62,218 nt of DNA from Candidatus Kerfeldbacteria bacterium. GTDB lineage: Bacteria; Patescibacteriota; Patescibacteriia; UBA9570. Made by a program: the position numbers and the translations under genes. Shown one piece after another: positions 11,951 to 21,951 of this stretch. The stretch spans positions 1 to 62,218 of the forward strand of contig JACPGK010000020.1 of NCBI GenBank assembly GCA_016182495.1, given 5' to 3'. Each line of letters starts with the position of its first letter. The stretch's first letter is position 1. The notes beneath the pieces were generated by a model. The model searched no databases and was not told the origin of the DNA. It saw nothing but the letters and a program-made list of their open reading frames with translations.

Positions 11951-12034
11951 ATGAATAATTCGCACTCATTTAACTGGTACTGGTTTTATAAGCCGCTCCG
12001 ACAGGTGCTAGGGTTATTATTGTCCACACGCTAA
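11951..12034 (+). CDS. Attenuator leader peptide MNNSHSFNWYWFYKPLRQVLGLLLSTR (Phe/Trp/Tyr control codons)
   Basis: Hand translation; 6 of 7 consecutive codons (11969-11989) are aromatic (2F, 2W, 2Y); lies between the promoter and a terminator, upstream of DAHP synthase. Confidence 0.9.
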   Translation: MNNSHSFNWYWFYKPLRQVLGLLLSTR

Positions 12035-12096
12035 ATCGCATTCATTCCAGTGCAATTACCCAGACCTTTCGGAGCTTTTCCGGAAGGTCTGTTTGT
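11995..12096 (+). terminator. Attenuator: antiterminator and intrinsic terminator
   Basis: Terminator CAGACCTTTCGGA-gcttt-TCCGGAAGGTCTG 12061-12091 plus TTTGT; antiterminator GCTCCGA 11995-12001 pairs with TCGGAGC 12069-12075, extended by AGGT/ACCT and GGGT/ACCC. Confidence 0.85.
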
Positions 12097-12124
12097 ATAG
12101 GCCTGGTATATTAATCACAATTTT

Positions 12125-13141
12125 ATGATCATCGTTATGCAAGAAAACTCACCTAAACAAGATGCCCTCAACGTGGTTGAACATGTACGGCAACTCGGCC
12201 TGCAGCCGGTGTTGTTAGAAGGTACCGAGCGCAATGTTATTGCCGTGATTGGTGATGAGCGCATTTTGGATGTGCCAGTGTTGAACGCCATGACCAGCGT
12301 AGAAAAAGTCATGCCAGTGCTAGCCCCGTTTAAACTAGCCTCGCGCGAACATGCCAAAACCAAAACGGTTATCACCGTTGCCCCTAACGTTAGCATCGGT
12401 GGAACTCGCCTGGCCATTATGGCCGGCAACTGTGCCGTGGAAACCTTGGATGTTTCCTTACGTACCGCTCAAGCTGTACAGCACGCTGGCGCTACCATTC
12501 AACGCGGTGGCGCTTTTAAACCACGCACCTCACCCTATTCATTTCAAGGTTTGGGTGAAGAAGGCCTATTTATTTTACGCGAGGTGAAAAAACAAACTGG
12601 CTTACCGATTATTACCGAAGTGCTCGACCCACGCCAAATTGAATTGGTCGCTGAACACGCTGATATTTTGCAAGTGGGCACACGCAATATGCAGAATTTT
12701 GAATTATTACGTGAGCTGGGTAATTGTGGTAAACCGGTGCTATTAAAACGTGGCATGGCTGCTACCCTTGATGAATTTTTAATGTCAGCTGAATATATTC
12801 TATCGAGTGGTAATCCTAATTTAATTCTGTGTGAGCGCGGTATTCGCACCTATGAAACCGCCACGCGCAATACTCTTGATATTTCTGCCATTCCCGTACT
12901 CAAAGTTAAAACGCACTTACCGGTAATTGTCGATCCATCCCATGCGGCCGGTAAGCGTGCCTATGTGGCTGCGCTCGCTAAAGCCGCCATTGCCGCCGGG
13001 GCGGATGGTTTATTGTTAGATGTGCACCCCGATCCGGCGCGGTCGTTAGTTGATGCCGATCAAGCCTTAAGTTTTGAACAGTTTGATGATTTAATGACAG
13101 ATATCACCTTAATTGCCCAAGCAGTTGATCGAACCATTTAG
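12125..13141 (+). CDS. aroF: DAHP synthase type I-beta with N-terminal regulatory domain
   Basis: [30 protein letters not shown]. Confidence 0.95.
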   Translation: MIIVMQENSPKQDALNVVEHVRQLGLQPVLLEGTERNVIAVIGDERILDVPVLNAMTSVEKVMPVLAPFKLASREHAKTKTVITVAPNVSIGGTRLAIMAGNCAVETLDVSLRTAQAVQHAGATIQRGGAFKPRTSPYSFQGLGEEGLFILREVKKQTGLPIITEVLDPRQIELVAEHADILQVGTRNMQNFELLRELGNCGKPVLLKRGMAATLDEFLMSAEYILSSGNPNLILCERGIRTYETATRNTLDISAIPVLKVKTHLPVIVDPSHAAGKRAYVAALAKAAIAAGADGLLLDVHPDPARSLVDADQALSFEQFDDLMTDITLIAQAVDRTI

Positions 13142-13142
13142 T

Positions 13143-14414
13143 ATGTTTTACCGTAAGTTTGTTCAATCGATTGATTATCAACCGGCCAGCACTGCTTTCC
13201 GCGCCTATAGCGAGGCGGTACCTGGCATTTTGTTTGAATCGGTTGATGTGGCGCCGATTTACGGTCGGAAGAATGTATGGTTTGTTGATCCAATTGTTGC
13301 CATTACCGAACAAGCTGGTGCTGTACAGTTCGAATCATTGCATCCGGCTGGCGATATTGTGCGTCAACAACTCACCCAATCCATTCCCACTTTGCGCAGT
13401 ATCTTTGAACAAATTCACACACCTGATCCATACTTTGGCCTGTATGGTCTGTTCAGTTATGATTACGTTCGTCGATTTGAAACTTTACCGGATTTGCATG
13501 CTCGCGGCACCGTGCCAGATTTTCAGTTGTATATTCCGGATGTTATTTTTGTGTATGATCATTTAAAAGAAACGGCCGAAGTGCATTACTATCAACTCAC
13601 CCAGCTCACCTTAGCGGAACGACTGCAACAATTACCTGAGCAAGCCCAGCAATATATGAAAATTGGGGACGTGTTCGAATTAGTACTATCGCGCCGGTTA
13701 ACTGGATCGTTTGCTGGTTCGGCCCTTGGTTTATACGATGCCTATCGCAACGTTAACCCTTCGCCGTATATGTTTTTTATTAGAACACCGCAGCGAACTA
13801 TAGTAGGAGCCTCACCCGAAATGTTTGTGCGAGTTGAAGATGGTGAAGTGATGACGCGTCCAATCTCTGGCACCGCTGCCCGCAGTATGGATCCCATTGC
13901 CGATTATGAACACATGCTTACCTTATTGAATAGTCCAAAAGAAAAAAGTGAACTTGATATGCTTATTGATTTAGCTCGTAATGATGTTGCTCGAGTATGT
14001 CAACCGGGCATTACAGTATCCGATTATCGTTACGTAGAAAAATATTCAAAAGTAATGCACACCATTGCCCAAGTAACTGGTCGGTTAGATACTAGCCAGT
14101 ATTTGGCCTTCGATGCACTGGTGGCCTGTTTGAATGCTGGCACCTTAACGGGTGCTCCTAAAATTAGAGCAATGGAACTGATTGAGCAGCTTGAACCAGA
14201 GCGGCGGGGTTGTTATGGTGGTTGCGTTGGGTATATCACGTTTAATAATGAATTGAATACTGGCATTACCATTCGGTCGGCCGTGATTGAAGATGCTACC
14301 ATCACTATTCAAGCTGGTGCTACTGTGTTGTATGATTCTAATCCAACCGCCGAGTTTACAGAAACCGAACATAAAGCGGCGGCTTTACTGCAGGCTGCCA
14401 CTGCTACCCTATGA
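13143..14414 (+). CDS. trpE: Anthranilate synthase component I (compact)
   Basis: LFES, NPSPYM, GASPE, PISGT, DLARND, GAPKIRAM; start moved to ATG 13143. Confidence 0.92.
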   Translation: MFYRKFVQSIDYQPASTAFRAYSEAVPGILFESVDVAPIYGRKNVWFVDPIVAITEQAGAVQFESLHPAGDIVRQQLTQSIPTLRSIFEQIHTPDPYFGLYGLFSYDYVRRFETLPDLHARGTVPDFQLYIPDVIFVYDHLKETAEVHYYQLTQLTLAERLQQLPEQAQQYMKIGDVFELVLSRRLTGSFAGSALGLYDAYRNVNPSPYMFFIRTPQRTIVGASPEMFVRVEDGEVMTRPISGTAARSMDPIADYEHMLTLLNSPKEKSELDMLIDLARNDVARVCQPGITVSDYRYVEKYSKVMHTIAQVTGRLDTSQYLAFDALVACLNAGTLTGAPKIRAMELIEQLEPERRGCYGGCVGYITFNNELNTGITIRSAVIEDATITIQAGATVLYDSNPTAEFTETEHKAAALLQAATATL

Positions 14415-14998
14415 AACATGTTGTGATGATTGATAATTTTGATTCTTTCACTTTTAATTTGGTGGATTATTTTAAGCAAGGCGGTGTTCGTATTACTGTG
14501 CAACGCAATACTGCTGCAGTGAGCACGATTAAGCAACTCAAGCCCAACATGATAGTGTATTCTCCTGGGCCGGGTAACCCCAAGCAAGCTGGCAATTTGT
14601 TAAAATATATTGAATTTTTTAGCCAGCAGCTGGTGGTGCCACAATTTGGAGTGTGTTTAGGCTTACAGGCTATGATTGAGGCATTTGGTGGCAGTTTACG
14701 AGTACTGCCGCACCCCATCCACGGTAAAGCCTCATACATTCATCATCAGGGTGAGGGTATATTTCAATCGTTACCCAACCCGTTATTGGCCGGACGTTAC
14801 CATTCCTTAGCGGCTGAACATGTGCCGGCTGATTTTGACGTTACCGCCACGACCCAAGATGATCGTAATGGCGAAGTGGTCATGGCTATTCAACATCGAC
14901 ACCTGCCACTGGTTGGAGTGCAGTTTCATCCTGAATCAGTCTTAACTATGCACCATCAGGCCGGCCTGCATTTAATTCGTAATGTCATTGCTCAATGA
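14411..14998 (+). CDS. trpG: Anthranilate synthase component II
   Basis: IDNFDSFT, SPGPG, GVCLG, QFHPES. Confidence 0.95.
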   Translation: MKHVVMIDNFDSFTFNLVDYFKQGGVRITVQRNTAAVSTIKQLKPNMIVYSPGPGNPKQAGNLLKYIEFFSQQLVVPQFGVCLGLQAMIEAFGGSLRVLPHPIHGKASYIHHQGEGIFQSLPNPLLAGRYHSLAAEHVPADFDVTATTQDDRNGEVVMAIQHRHLPLVGVQFHPESVLTMHHQAGLHLIRNVIAQ

Positions 14999-15010
14999 TG
15001 AACAATTTGT

Positions 15011-15997
15011 ATGAATAACATTATACAACAATTGCAACGTGGTGAAGATTTAACCATTGCTCAAGCCGAGCAGGTGATGGATCAATTAATGGCTGGTCAA
15101 ATTGAGGCCGTACCCATGGCTGCCATTTTAATGGGCCTAGCCACCAAAGGTGAAACCACCGATGAATTGGTCGGCATGTTACACAGTGTGCATAAACATA
15201 TGATCGCCCTAGATTTAGGCCAACCATTATTAGATACCTGTGGCACTGGTGGGGATCATGCCAACACCATTAATCTATCTACCATGGCAGCCTTGGTATG
15301 TGCGGCTCTGGGCGTATCAGTAGCGAAGCACGGCAATCGAGCGGTTAGTTCTCAATCGGGCAGCGCCGATGTACTGGCTGCTTTAGGTGTACCAATTGAT
15401 TTAACTGGCCAAGCTGCCCAGCAGTATTTTAAACAGCATCACTTTGTGTTTTTGTTTGCGCCGTTATATCACCCAGCTTTTAAACAGCTGGCTAGCGTTC
15501 GTAAACAATTGGGTATTCGTACCATTATGAACCTGCTTGGACCATTAGCTAATCCAGCTCGGGCCAGTCACCGCTTGTTAGGAGTAGCTGATTTGGGGCT
15601 AGCTGATATGCTGGGTCAAACCTTAATGGAATTGGGCGTTCAGCATGCCGTGGTAGTGCATAGTGCCGATAATTTAGATGAAGTAAGCATTGCTGCTCCT
15701 ACTACGGTATTTGATTTTACGCAACAGGGTAGCAATCGTTTTCGCATTGAACCCGATACGCCATTCAGGGTAGATGATATGGCCGGTGGCACGGCTAAAC
15801 ACAATGCCGCCGTCATTCGACAGTTAGCCGAAGGTAAAGCTAGCCGAGCAGTTATTACCGCGGTGGCAATGAACGCTGGGTTAGCCTTATATGCGGCCGA
15901 TCAGGCCACTAGTTACGAGGCAGGTAAAACCATGGCTGAACAGTGCTTACGCTCGCATACCTTTGGAGCGTATCTACAAAAACTGACACCACAATGA
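15011..15997 (+). CDS. trpD: Anthranilate phosphoribosyltransferase
   Basis: DTCGTGGD, KHGNR, GPLANP. Confidence 0.97.
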   Translation: MNNIIQQLQRGEDLTIAQAEQVMDQLMAGQIEAVPMAAILMGLATKGETTDELVGMLHSVHKHMIALDLGQPLLDTCGTGGDHANTINLSTMAALVCAALGVSVAKHGNRAVSSQSGSADVLAALGVPIDLTGQAAQQYFKQHHFVFLFAPLYHPAFKQLASVRKQLGIRTIMNLLGPLANPARASHRLLGVADLGLADMLGQTLMELGVQHAVVVHSADNLDEVSIAAPTTVFDFTQQGSNRFRIEPDTPFRVDDMAGGTAKHNAAVIRQLAEGKASRAVITAVAMNAGLALYAADQATSYEAGKTMAEQCLRSHTFGAYLQKLTPQ

Positions 15998-16728
15998 CCA
16001 TCCTTGATACTATTTACCAGTATAAACAGCACGAGCTGGACCAACAATTACAACCGCAGCGCGATTTTGCCGCAGCCTTACGCAGTGCTACCGGCCTAGC
16101 CGTGATTGCCGAATTTAAACAGGCCTCGCCCAGTGCCGGCATGATTCGTACCGGAGCAGTGCTGGCCAATATTGTCACCCAATATTATCAAGGTGGAGCC
16201 CGAGCCTTATCAATTTTAACTGACCAACATTTTTTTCAAGGCCAATTAGATTATATTAATCAAGCCAAACAAGCCGTACCGTTACCGGTGTTGCGCAAAG
16301 ATTTTATTTTTCATCCTTTTCAAGTATACGAAAGTAAATTGGCCGGCGCCGACGCTATTTTATTAATCGCTGCCAAGTTGACAGGGCCACAATTACAACA
16401 GCTGGTAGCGTTAGCCCATAGCCTGGGTTTACAAACCTTGGTTGAAATTCATACCACCACTGAAGTTGATCGAGCCATCGCCTGCCAACCAACCATGTTT
16501 GGAGTAAATGCCCGTAATTTACACACCATGATCATTGATTTGCATACCATCGCCCGGATTGTGCCATTACTGCCGAGCAGTAGTTTGATTGTGTTCGAAT
16601 CAGGTATTACCAGCCGAGCCGATGTAGCGTATGTTCGGCAAGCTGGTGTCAAGGCTATTTTGATTGGCACAACGTTAATGCAGGCCGAGCATCCACAATT
16701 GGCTTTAGAGCAATTGATTGAAGCATAA
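15994..16728 (+). CDS. trpC: Indole-3-glycerol phosphate synthase
   Basis: IAEFKQASPSAG, LRKDF, ESGI; start at the ATGA overlap 15994. Confidence 0.96.
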   Translation: MTILDTIYQYKQHELDQQLQPQRDFAAALRSATGLAVIAEFKQASPSAGMIRTGAVLANIVTQYYQGGARALSILTDQHFFQGQLDYINQAKQAVPLPVLRKDFIFHPFQVYESKLAGADAILLIAAKLTGPQLQQLVALAHSLGLQTLVEIHTTTEVDRAIACQPTMFGVNARNLHTMIIDLHTIARIVPLLPSSSLIVFESGITSRADVAYVRQAGVKAILIGTTLMQAEHPQLALEQLIEA

Positions 16729-16732
16729 TGCT

Positions 16733-17371
16733 ATGTTGTTATATCCTCTAAAAATTTGTGGAATTACTAACGAAGCCGATGCTTTTTCGGCCGCTCAAGC
16801 TGGTGCCAGTTACTTGGGCTATATTTTAAATGCTCCAACCAGTCCACGCTATATTAGGGTTAATACGGCGGCTGCTATTATTAAGCGGGTGCGTCAAATT
16901 TATCCAGCAGTGAAACACGTTGGAGTATTTGTTGATGCTTCTTCGGCTGTGATGGATCAGGTTATCAGTCAATTACAGCTTGATGTTGTACAATTACACG
17001 GCCAGGAATCATTACAAGATATTGAACAACTGATTGCGCCAGTCATTTGGAAAACTGTTATTGTATCTACTCCGGACGATCTTCAGCAGCTTCATCTTTT
17101 TCAGCGTTCTTTAGCACGTTCAGCTTGCTCGGCGATTTTGTTAGATAGCGGCCAAGGGTCTGGCCAAACTATTGCCTCGACATTATTGGATCAGGTGACT
17201 GATTTTTCTACTATTATTTTAGCCGGCGGCATTACGCCTGATAATGTGACTGAACTGATCCAGCGTTATCATCCAGCTATTATCGATGTGAATAGTGGGG
17301 TAGAAGCTGTTCCTGGCAAAAAGGATATTTTTAAAATAAAACAATTAATCCAACGATTAAATCGTTTATGA
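16733..17371 (+). CDS. trpF: Phosphoribosylanthranilate isomerase
   Basis: KICGIT, VQLHG, LAGGI, DVNSGVE. Confidence 0.95.
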   Translation: MLLYPLKICGITNEADAFSAAQAGASYLGYILNAPTSPRYIRVNTAAAIIKRVRQIYPAVKHVGVFVDASSAVMDQVISQLQLDVVQLHGQESLQDIEQLIAPVIWKTVIVSTPDDLQQLHLFQRSLARSACSAILLDSGQGSGQTIASTLLDQVTDFSTIILAGGITPDNVTELIQRYHPAIIDVNSGVEAVPGKKDIFKIKQLIQRLNRL

Positions 17372-18597
17372 AGAGCAGTATGAAAAAACTTTTTTTTAAA
17401 ACTCAATATGAGCCAGATGAGCACGGTCATTTTGGTGAATTTGGTGGCCAGTATGTACCAGAATTATTAATTCCAGCTCTAGAAGAATTAACTCAAGCCT
17501 ATGAACAGGCCAAGGCTGATCCAAGTTTTGTGGCGACTGTTCATGAGGTGTTTAAAAACTATGTTGGCCGACCATCACCGTTGTATTTTGCTGAACGCTT
17601 AACCAAGCAGTTAGGTGGCGCCAAAATTTTTTTAAAGAATGAAGGGCTCAATCATACCGGTGCGCATAAAATTAATCACTGCGTTGGGCAAGCCTTATTA
17701 GCCCAGCGGTTGGGTAAAACTCGTTTGATTGCCGAAACGGGGGCTGGTCAACATGGTGTCGCCACGGCCACGGTGGCCGCCAAGTTTGGTTTGCACTGTA
17801 CCGTGCATATGGGAGCAGTTGATGTACAGCGACAAGCGCCCAATGTATTTTGGATGCAACAGTTAGGCGCCGAAGTACGAGTGGTGCACGACGGTAGCCA
17901 AACTTTAAAAGATGCTGTCACCAGTGCCTTACAAGATTGGATGACCGACCCGATTGGTAGTTACTATTTACTTGGTTCAGCCCTGGGACCACATCCGTAT
18001 CCGGTAATGGTGCGGGATTTTCAAAGTATTATCGGTATCGAAGTGGCTGAACAATTTCAAGCCTATGAAGGCCAGGGATCCGTACCAGATTATTTGGTGG
18101 CGTGTGTTGGTGGTGGCAGCAATGCCATTGGTTTATTCAACGCTTTTTTGGATGATAAACAGGTGAAATTAATTGGCGTAGAAGCTGGTGGCCGTAACCC
18201 AAACCAAGTTGGCGAACATGCCACTCGGCTAGGGCGGCAACCCCAGGTAGGTGTGATTGAAGGCTATAAATCATTTTTTTTGCAAGATGACGATGGTAAT
18301 TTGCAACCAACCCACAGTGTGTCAGCTGGGTTAGATTATCCCGGCATTGGGCCAGAGCATGCCTATTTATATCAACAAGGTCGAGCCCAGTATGTAGCCG
18401 TGACTGATGTTCAAGCTGTGCAAGCCTTTCGGGCATTGGCCAACACCGAAGGTATTGTACCGGCTTTGGAATCGGCTCATGCGGTGGCCTATGCTATACA
18501 GTTAGCCCCCACCTTGCCACCGAAAAAAACCATCGTGGTGAATATTTCCGGGCGAGGGGATAAGGATTATTTTATTTTGCGGGAATTGATTCATTAA
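17368..18597 (+). CDS. trpB: Tryptophan synthase beta chain
   Basis: HTGAHKIN, ETGAGQHG, SAGLDYPG, SGRGDKD. Confidence 0.98.
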   Translation: MKSSMKKLFFKTQYEPDEHGHFGEFGGQYVPELLIPALEELTQAYEQAKADPSFVATVHEVFKNYVGRPSPLYFAERLTKQLGGAKIFLKNEGLNHTGAHKINHCVGQALLAQRLGKTRLIAETGAGQHGVATATVAAKFGLHCTVHMGAVDVQRQAPNVFWMQQLGAEVRVVHDGSQTLKDAVTSALQDWMTDPIGSYYLLGSALGPHPYPVMVRDFQSIIGIEVAEQFQAYEGQGSVPDYLVACVGGGSNAIGLFNAFLDDKQVKLIGVEAGGRNPNQVGEHATRLGRQPQVGVIEGYKSFFLQDDDGNLQPTHSVSAGLDYPGIGPEHAYLYQQGRAQYVAVTDVQAVQAFRALANTEGIVPALESAHAVAYAIQLAPTLPPKKTIVVNISGRGDKDYFILRELIH

Positions 18598-18600
18598 ATT

Positions 18601-19374
18601 ATGTCCCGCACCATTTCCGAACAACTTACCATCATCAAACAACAGCACCGCCTTGGTGTAATGACGCACGTGGTGATGGGCTACCCATCGCTGCATGAAA
18701 CCAAACAACGCGTACTAGCGATGGCGGCGGCTGGCGTTGATAGTATTGAATTACAAATTCCATTCTCGGATCCGTTAGCCGATGGCCCAGCCATTACTAA
18801 GGCTAATCAGCAAGCTTTAGCCGCCGGTGTTACTGTACAGCAGTGTTTACAGCTGGCTGAACAACTCACCAGAGCAGTTGATATCCCTTTACAATGTATT
18901 GGGTACTATAATACGATCCATCATTTTGGCGTACAACAATTTGTGCAGGCTAGCCAAGCAGCTGGTATTCAAGGATTCACCATTCCTGATATGCCACTCA
19001 CTGAAGAGCCCTATGAACATTTTTATGCTTTGGCCGCCCAAGCTAACCTGCCAGTAATTCAACTGATTTCACCAGCTACTCCTATTGAACGTTTACGCTT
19101 GATCAATCAGCACGCCCAGGCCATGGTGTACTGTGTCAGTCGCTTTGGTGTCACCGGCGCTCACACCACCTTACCAGATCATCTCATCACCTACCTACGC
19201 ACGGTTCGGCAATATGTTACACTACCATTAGCGGTTGGCTTTGGTATTTCAACGCCCAAACATATTCGCGCTCTGCATGGGCTAGCCGATGTGGCCGTGA
19301 TTGGCAGTGCGTTATTGAATGTGTCACTCGAAAATTTAACACAACAATTAACTAACTTATGCGCCGAACGGTAA
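18601..19374 (+). CDS. trpA: Tryptophan synthase alpha chain
   Basis: PFSDPLADGP, GVTG, VGFGIS. Confidence 0.97.
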   Translation: MSRTISEQLTIIKQQHRLGVMTHVVMGYPSLHETKQRVLAMAAAGVDSIELQIPFSDPLADGPAITKANQQALAAGVTVQQCLQLAEQLTRAVDIPLQCIGYYNTIHHFGVQQFVQASQAAGIQGFTIPDMPLTEEPYEHFYALAAQANLPVIQLISPATPIERLRLINQHAQAMVYCVSRFGVTGAHTTLPDHLITYLRTVRQYVTLPLAVGFGISTPKHIRALHGLADVAVIGSALLNVSLENLTQQLTNLCAER

Positions 19375-20375
19375 CAACCAACCAGCAAAGTTATCCAGTA
19401 ATTATTCAAACCGGCAGCAGCGAACGGTTCAATTTTTCCACACCAGCGGTGGTCGTGTGTGATCGTCAGGTGCAACGGTCGTATCCTAAACTATTGCCGC
19501 AATATCGCCGTGTTATATTGCCAGATGGCGAGGCCAACAAACGTTTACGTACCATTGAGTGGTTGTGCTTGCGGCTACTCAAATTAGGCTGTGATCGTTC
19601 AACTAGTCTGATCGGTATTGGTGGCGGGGTGGTAGGTGATATGGTTGGTTTTACTGCCGCTGTGTTTATGCGCGGGGTGCCGTATTATCACGTACCAACG
19701 ACCTTGTTAGCCATGGTTGATTCTAGTATTGGCGGCAAAACAGGTGTTGACCTTAGCCTTGGTAAAAATTTGATTGGTACTACCTATCAACCAATGGCCG
19801 TAATTAGTGACCCACGGTTTTTATTAACCTTATCGGCTGAACAATTTAGTAATGGCCTAGCCGAGGTGATTAAGCATGCTGTGCTGGAACCAAGCCTGCT
19901 TAGCTGGATCGAACAACACCGTAGTCAAATTCAGCGGCGACACCTGCCAACCTTACAACAGCTGATTAGTCGTAATGTTGAAATTAAAGCCGCTATTGTG
20001 GCGGCCGATGAGCACGAAACTTTACAACGGATGCTATTGAATTTGGGCCATACCTTTGGTCATGCCTTCGAAAAATTAAGTCGCTATACCATACCGCATG
20101 GCCAAGCGGTGGCGATTGGTTTAATGTATGCCATGAGCTACACTGCTATGCCGCAGCATCAGCGGGTGGCCAAATTATTACAGCAGTTCGATTTGCCAAT
20201 TCGTTTGCCCCGGCCGTATTCTCCCCGGGCCATTGTACAGGCGATGCACCATGATAAAAAACATCGCGGTAACTATATTACTCTGGTTGTGCCATTACAG
20301 CTTGGTCATGTGCGCATTGATCAAACGGTCACACCAGCTCACTTGCTACGCTTTTTGCAGCACTACCATGGCTAA
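19359..20375 (+). CDS. aroB: 3-dehydroquinate synthase
   Basis: GGGVVGD, PTTLLAMVDSSIGGKT, LNLGHTFGHAFE, HG. Confidence 0.96.
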   Translation: MRRTVTTNQQSYPVIIQTGSSERFNFSTPAVVVCDRQVQRSYPKLLPQYRRVILPDGEANKRLRTIEWLCLRLLKLGCDRSTSLIGIGGGVVGDMVGFTAAVFMRGVPYYHVPTTLLAMVDSSIGGKTGVDLSLGKNLIGTTYQPMAVISDPRFLLTLSAEQFSNGLAEVIKHAVLEPSLLSWIEQHRSQIQRRHLPTLQQLISRNVEIKAAIVAADEHETLQRMLLNLGHTFGHAFEKLSRYTIPHGQAVAIGLMYAMSYTAMPQHQRVAKLLQQFDLPIRLPRPYSPRAIVQAMHHDKKHRGNYITLVVPLQLGHVRIDQTVTPAHLLRFLQHYHG

Positions 20376-21951
20376 GCCAATTAAATACACTGTTACGGTA
20401 CCTGGTTCAAAATCATTTATGAATCGGGCTTTAATTTGTGCCGCCCTAGCCAAGGGTCAATCAACGTTATTGAATCCCGTGTATTGTGATGATACCAATT
20501 ACATGATTAAAGCCTTGCGGGCTTTAGGCGTGCACATTAATACCACGGCTCGGCAGGTGACAATTCGCGGCCTGAACGGAAAATTCAAACTACCCAAACC
20601 GGGGCGTGGTACACGGCGAATTTATATAGGCAATGCCGGCACGGTGATACGTTTTTTAACACCACTGCTGCCAGCCGGTACAAGGTTGGTTGGTAATCAG
20701 CGTATGCAGCAACGCCCGTTGCAGGAATTAATTGAGGCAGTGGCACAGATCAAACACGACAATCACATAACTATTACTGGTACAGTCAGCAGTCAATTTA
20801 TTTCGGCGCTTTTATTAGTTGCACCCACACTGCCACACGGCTTAACGATTATGGTGAAAGGTAAATTGGTATCAGCTCCGTATGTTCAAATGACTTTAGC
20901 CGTGATGCATCAATTTGGCATTAAAGTTACAAGGCGCAATGATCAATTTACAATTTATAAACAAGACTACCAAGCAAACAACTATACCATTGAAGGCGAT
21001 GCCAGCAGCGCCACCTACTGGTGGGCACTGGCCGCCATCACCGGTAGTCATATCACTGTGCCGAATATTCCATTGGATACTCTACAACCTGACGCAAAAT
21101 TTAAACAGTTATTAGAAAAAATGGGTTGCACAGTGAAGGCTAATACGGTGATTGGTCCATGGAATAAAGCACTCAAACCGATGACAGTGAATATGTCCGA
21201 TTATCCTGATGCGGTTTTAGCTGCGGCCGTAGTGATGACACAAGCCAGCGGTAGAAGCACCATTACCGGGATTGGTCATTTAACTCATAAAGAAACTGAT
21301 CGATTGACATTGTTAAAAAAAAATTTACGGAAATTAAAATCAACACACCCAATTGTCATTGATACTGGTGCTGATCATCGGTTCGCGATGGCGTTCAGTA
21401 TTTTAGGTTTAGCTATTGGTAAGATCACTGTGGATAATAAACAGTGCGTCAAAAAAAGTTATCCAACATTTTGGTCTGATTTTAAAAAGGTTGAACAACA
21501 AGTCAAACGTCAAACCATCGTGCTCACCGGCCTGCGCGGCGTGGGTAAAACCACCTATGGTAAAATATTAGCCAAGCAATTCAAGATGAAATTTGTTGAT
21601 ACGGATACGATGATGGGTAAAAATATTTCCACATTGGTTCAGCAACACGGTTGGAAACAGTTTCGCAATCAGGAACATGTTGTGGTCAAACAAATGTGTA
21701 AGAAAAAAAATGCGATTATCGCAACGGGCGGTGGCACATTAATGTATCCACGTAATTTCACAGTATTAAAAGAGCACTATATTATCTTATTAACGGCACC
21801 ACTGGCTGTGATAAGACAGCGCTTATCAAAACAATCACATCGTCCAGCTTTGCTGAAACGTCAGACTGTTGTGACTGAATTAAATCAGGTTTGGCAACAA
21901 CGCAAAAATAAATACTATCAAATAGCCGACAATATCTATGATAGCCGTTAG
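20368..21951 (+). CDS. aroA: Fused EPSP synthase (shortened) and shikimate kinase (AroA-AroK)
   Basis: GSKS..NR, GNAGT, SSQFISA, KETDRL, DHRFAM, KSYP, then P-loop GLRGVGKT and ATGGG; start moved to ATG 20368. Confidence 0.9.
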   Translation: MAKPIKYTVTVPGSKSFMNRALICAALAKGQSTLLNPVYCDDTNYMIKALRALGVHINTTARQVTIRGLNGKFKLPKPGRGTRRIYIGNAGTVIRFLTPLLPAGTRLVGNQRMQQRPLQELIEAVAQIKHDNHITITGTVSSQFISALLLVAPTLPHGLTIMVKGKLVSAPYVQMTLAVMHQFGIKVTRRNDQFTIYKQDYQANNYTIEGDASSATYWWALAAITGSHITVPNIPLDTLQPDAKFKQLLEKMGCTVKANTVIGPWNKALKPMTVNMSDYPDAVLAAAVVMTQASGRSTITGIGHLTHKETDRLTLLKKNLRKLKSTHPIVIDTGADHRFAMAFSILGLAIGKITVDNKQCVKKSYPTFWSDFKKVEQQVKRQTIVLTGLRGVGKTTYGKILAKQFKMKFVDTDTMMGKNISTLVQQHGWKQFRNQEHVVVKQMCKKKNAIIATGGGTLMYPRNFTVLKEHYIILLTAPLAVIRQRLSKQSHRPALLKRQTVVTELNQVWQQRKNKYYQIADNIYDSR

